Source: Camelus ferus
Taxonomy: Eukaryota
DNA: 64,000 nt
Direction of reading: 5' to 3'
Assembly: GCF_009834535.1 (NCBI RefSeq)
Contig: NC_045697.1
Coordinates: forward strand, 4,404,001 to 4,468,000
Shown: positions 63,616 to 64,000 of the stretch, piece by piece
Position numbering within the stretch: the first letter of the stretch is position 1
Layout of the letters: each line of letters opens with the position of its first letter
Position numbers and translations under genes: made by a program
Notes under the pieces: model-generated
What the model saw: only the letters and a program-made list of their open reading frames with translations
Told to the model about the DNA's origin: nothing
Database searches by the model: none

Positions 63616-64000
63616 TGAGTGGACGGTGTGTTCCGGGGCTGGGGTGGGCTTGGGCGGGCTTGGGCACTGCATCTCTCTGGGCCCCAGCCTGCCCCTCGTT
63701 AAAATGGGTATTACATCAGCGGCGGTACAGATACAGGTACGTCCTGACCCCCCCACCCCGCCTGGTTCTGATCTTGGACCATCCACTTCACCCTCGGGGA
63801 TGTAATCTCCCTCATCTGCAAGACGGGATCCTGATAGTACCACCTGATGGGCCTGCGCTCAGGAGTGAGGACGTCAGTACGTGTACATGGACGGTTTTGC
63901 TTTCGGCGGGCAGGTGTGAGCTTTGGTCAGTCCAGGGCCTGGTTGGGTGCCAATCAAAATGCACGCATCATGGGCAGCCAATCGCAGGAGAGGAGCCCAG

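Overview
Mammalian genomic DNA, probably camelid: it carries two tRNA-Ala-derived SINEs that match the camelid Vic-1 type. No prokaryotic features are present. The only credible protein-coding sequence is the first coding exon of JAKMIP1 on the + strand (exon 63274-63540, CDS 63412-63540, [43 protein letters not shown]). Most of the window is therefore probably the long 5'-UTR intron of JAKMIP1. That region is filled with L1 fragments (several nested, with recognisable TSDs), MaLR and ERV1 solo LTRs, MER5/MER33-type hAT elements, MIR/L2 remnants and microsatellites. The most notable observations are: (1) a TSD-flanked, poly(A)-tailed, ORF1-only 'half-L1'-like element with an inverted ORF2 fragment in its 3' part; (2) a strong-Kozak 30-codon uORF directly upstream of the JAKMIP1 start; (3) two candidate alternative promoters/first exons (13.4-13.7 kb and 56.1-56.3 kb), the second of which would splice in frame into the uORF; (4) a 635-bp ERV1-type solo LTR with a perfect 4-bp TSD; (5) a probable retrocopied mRNA 3' end inserted into a MIR. 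Repeat subfamily names come from recalled consensus sequences and need RepeatMasker/Dfam confirmation. I see no evidence for a wholly new biological system.
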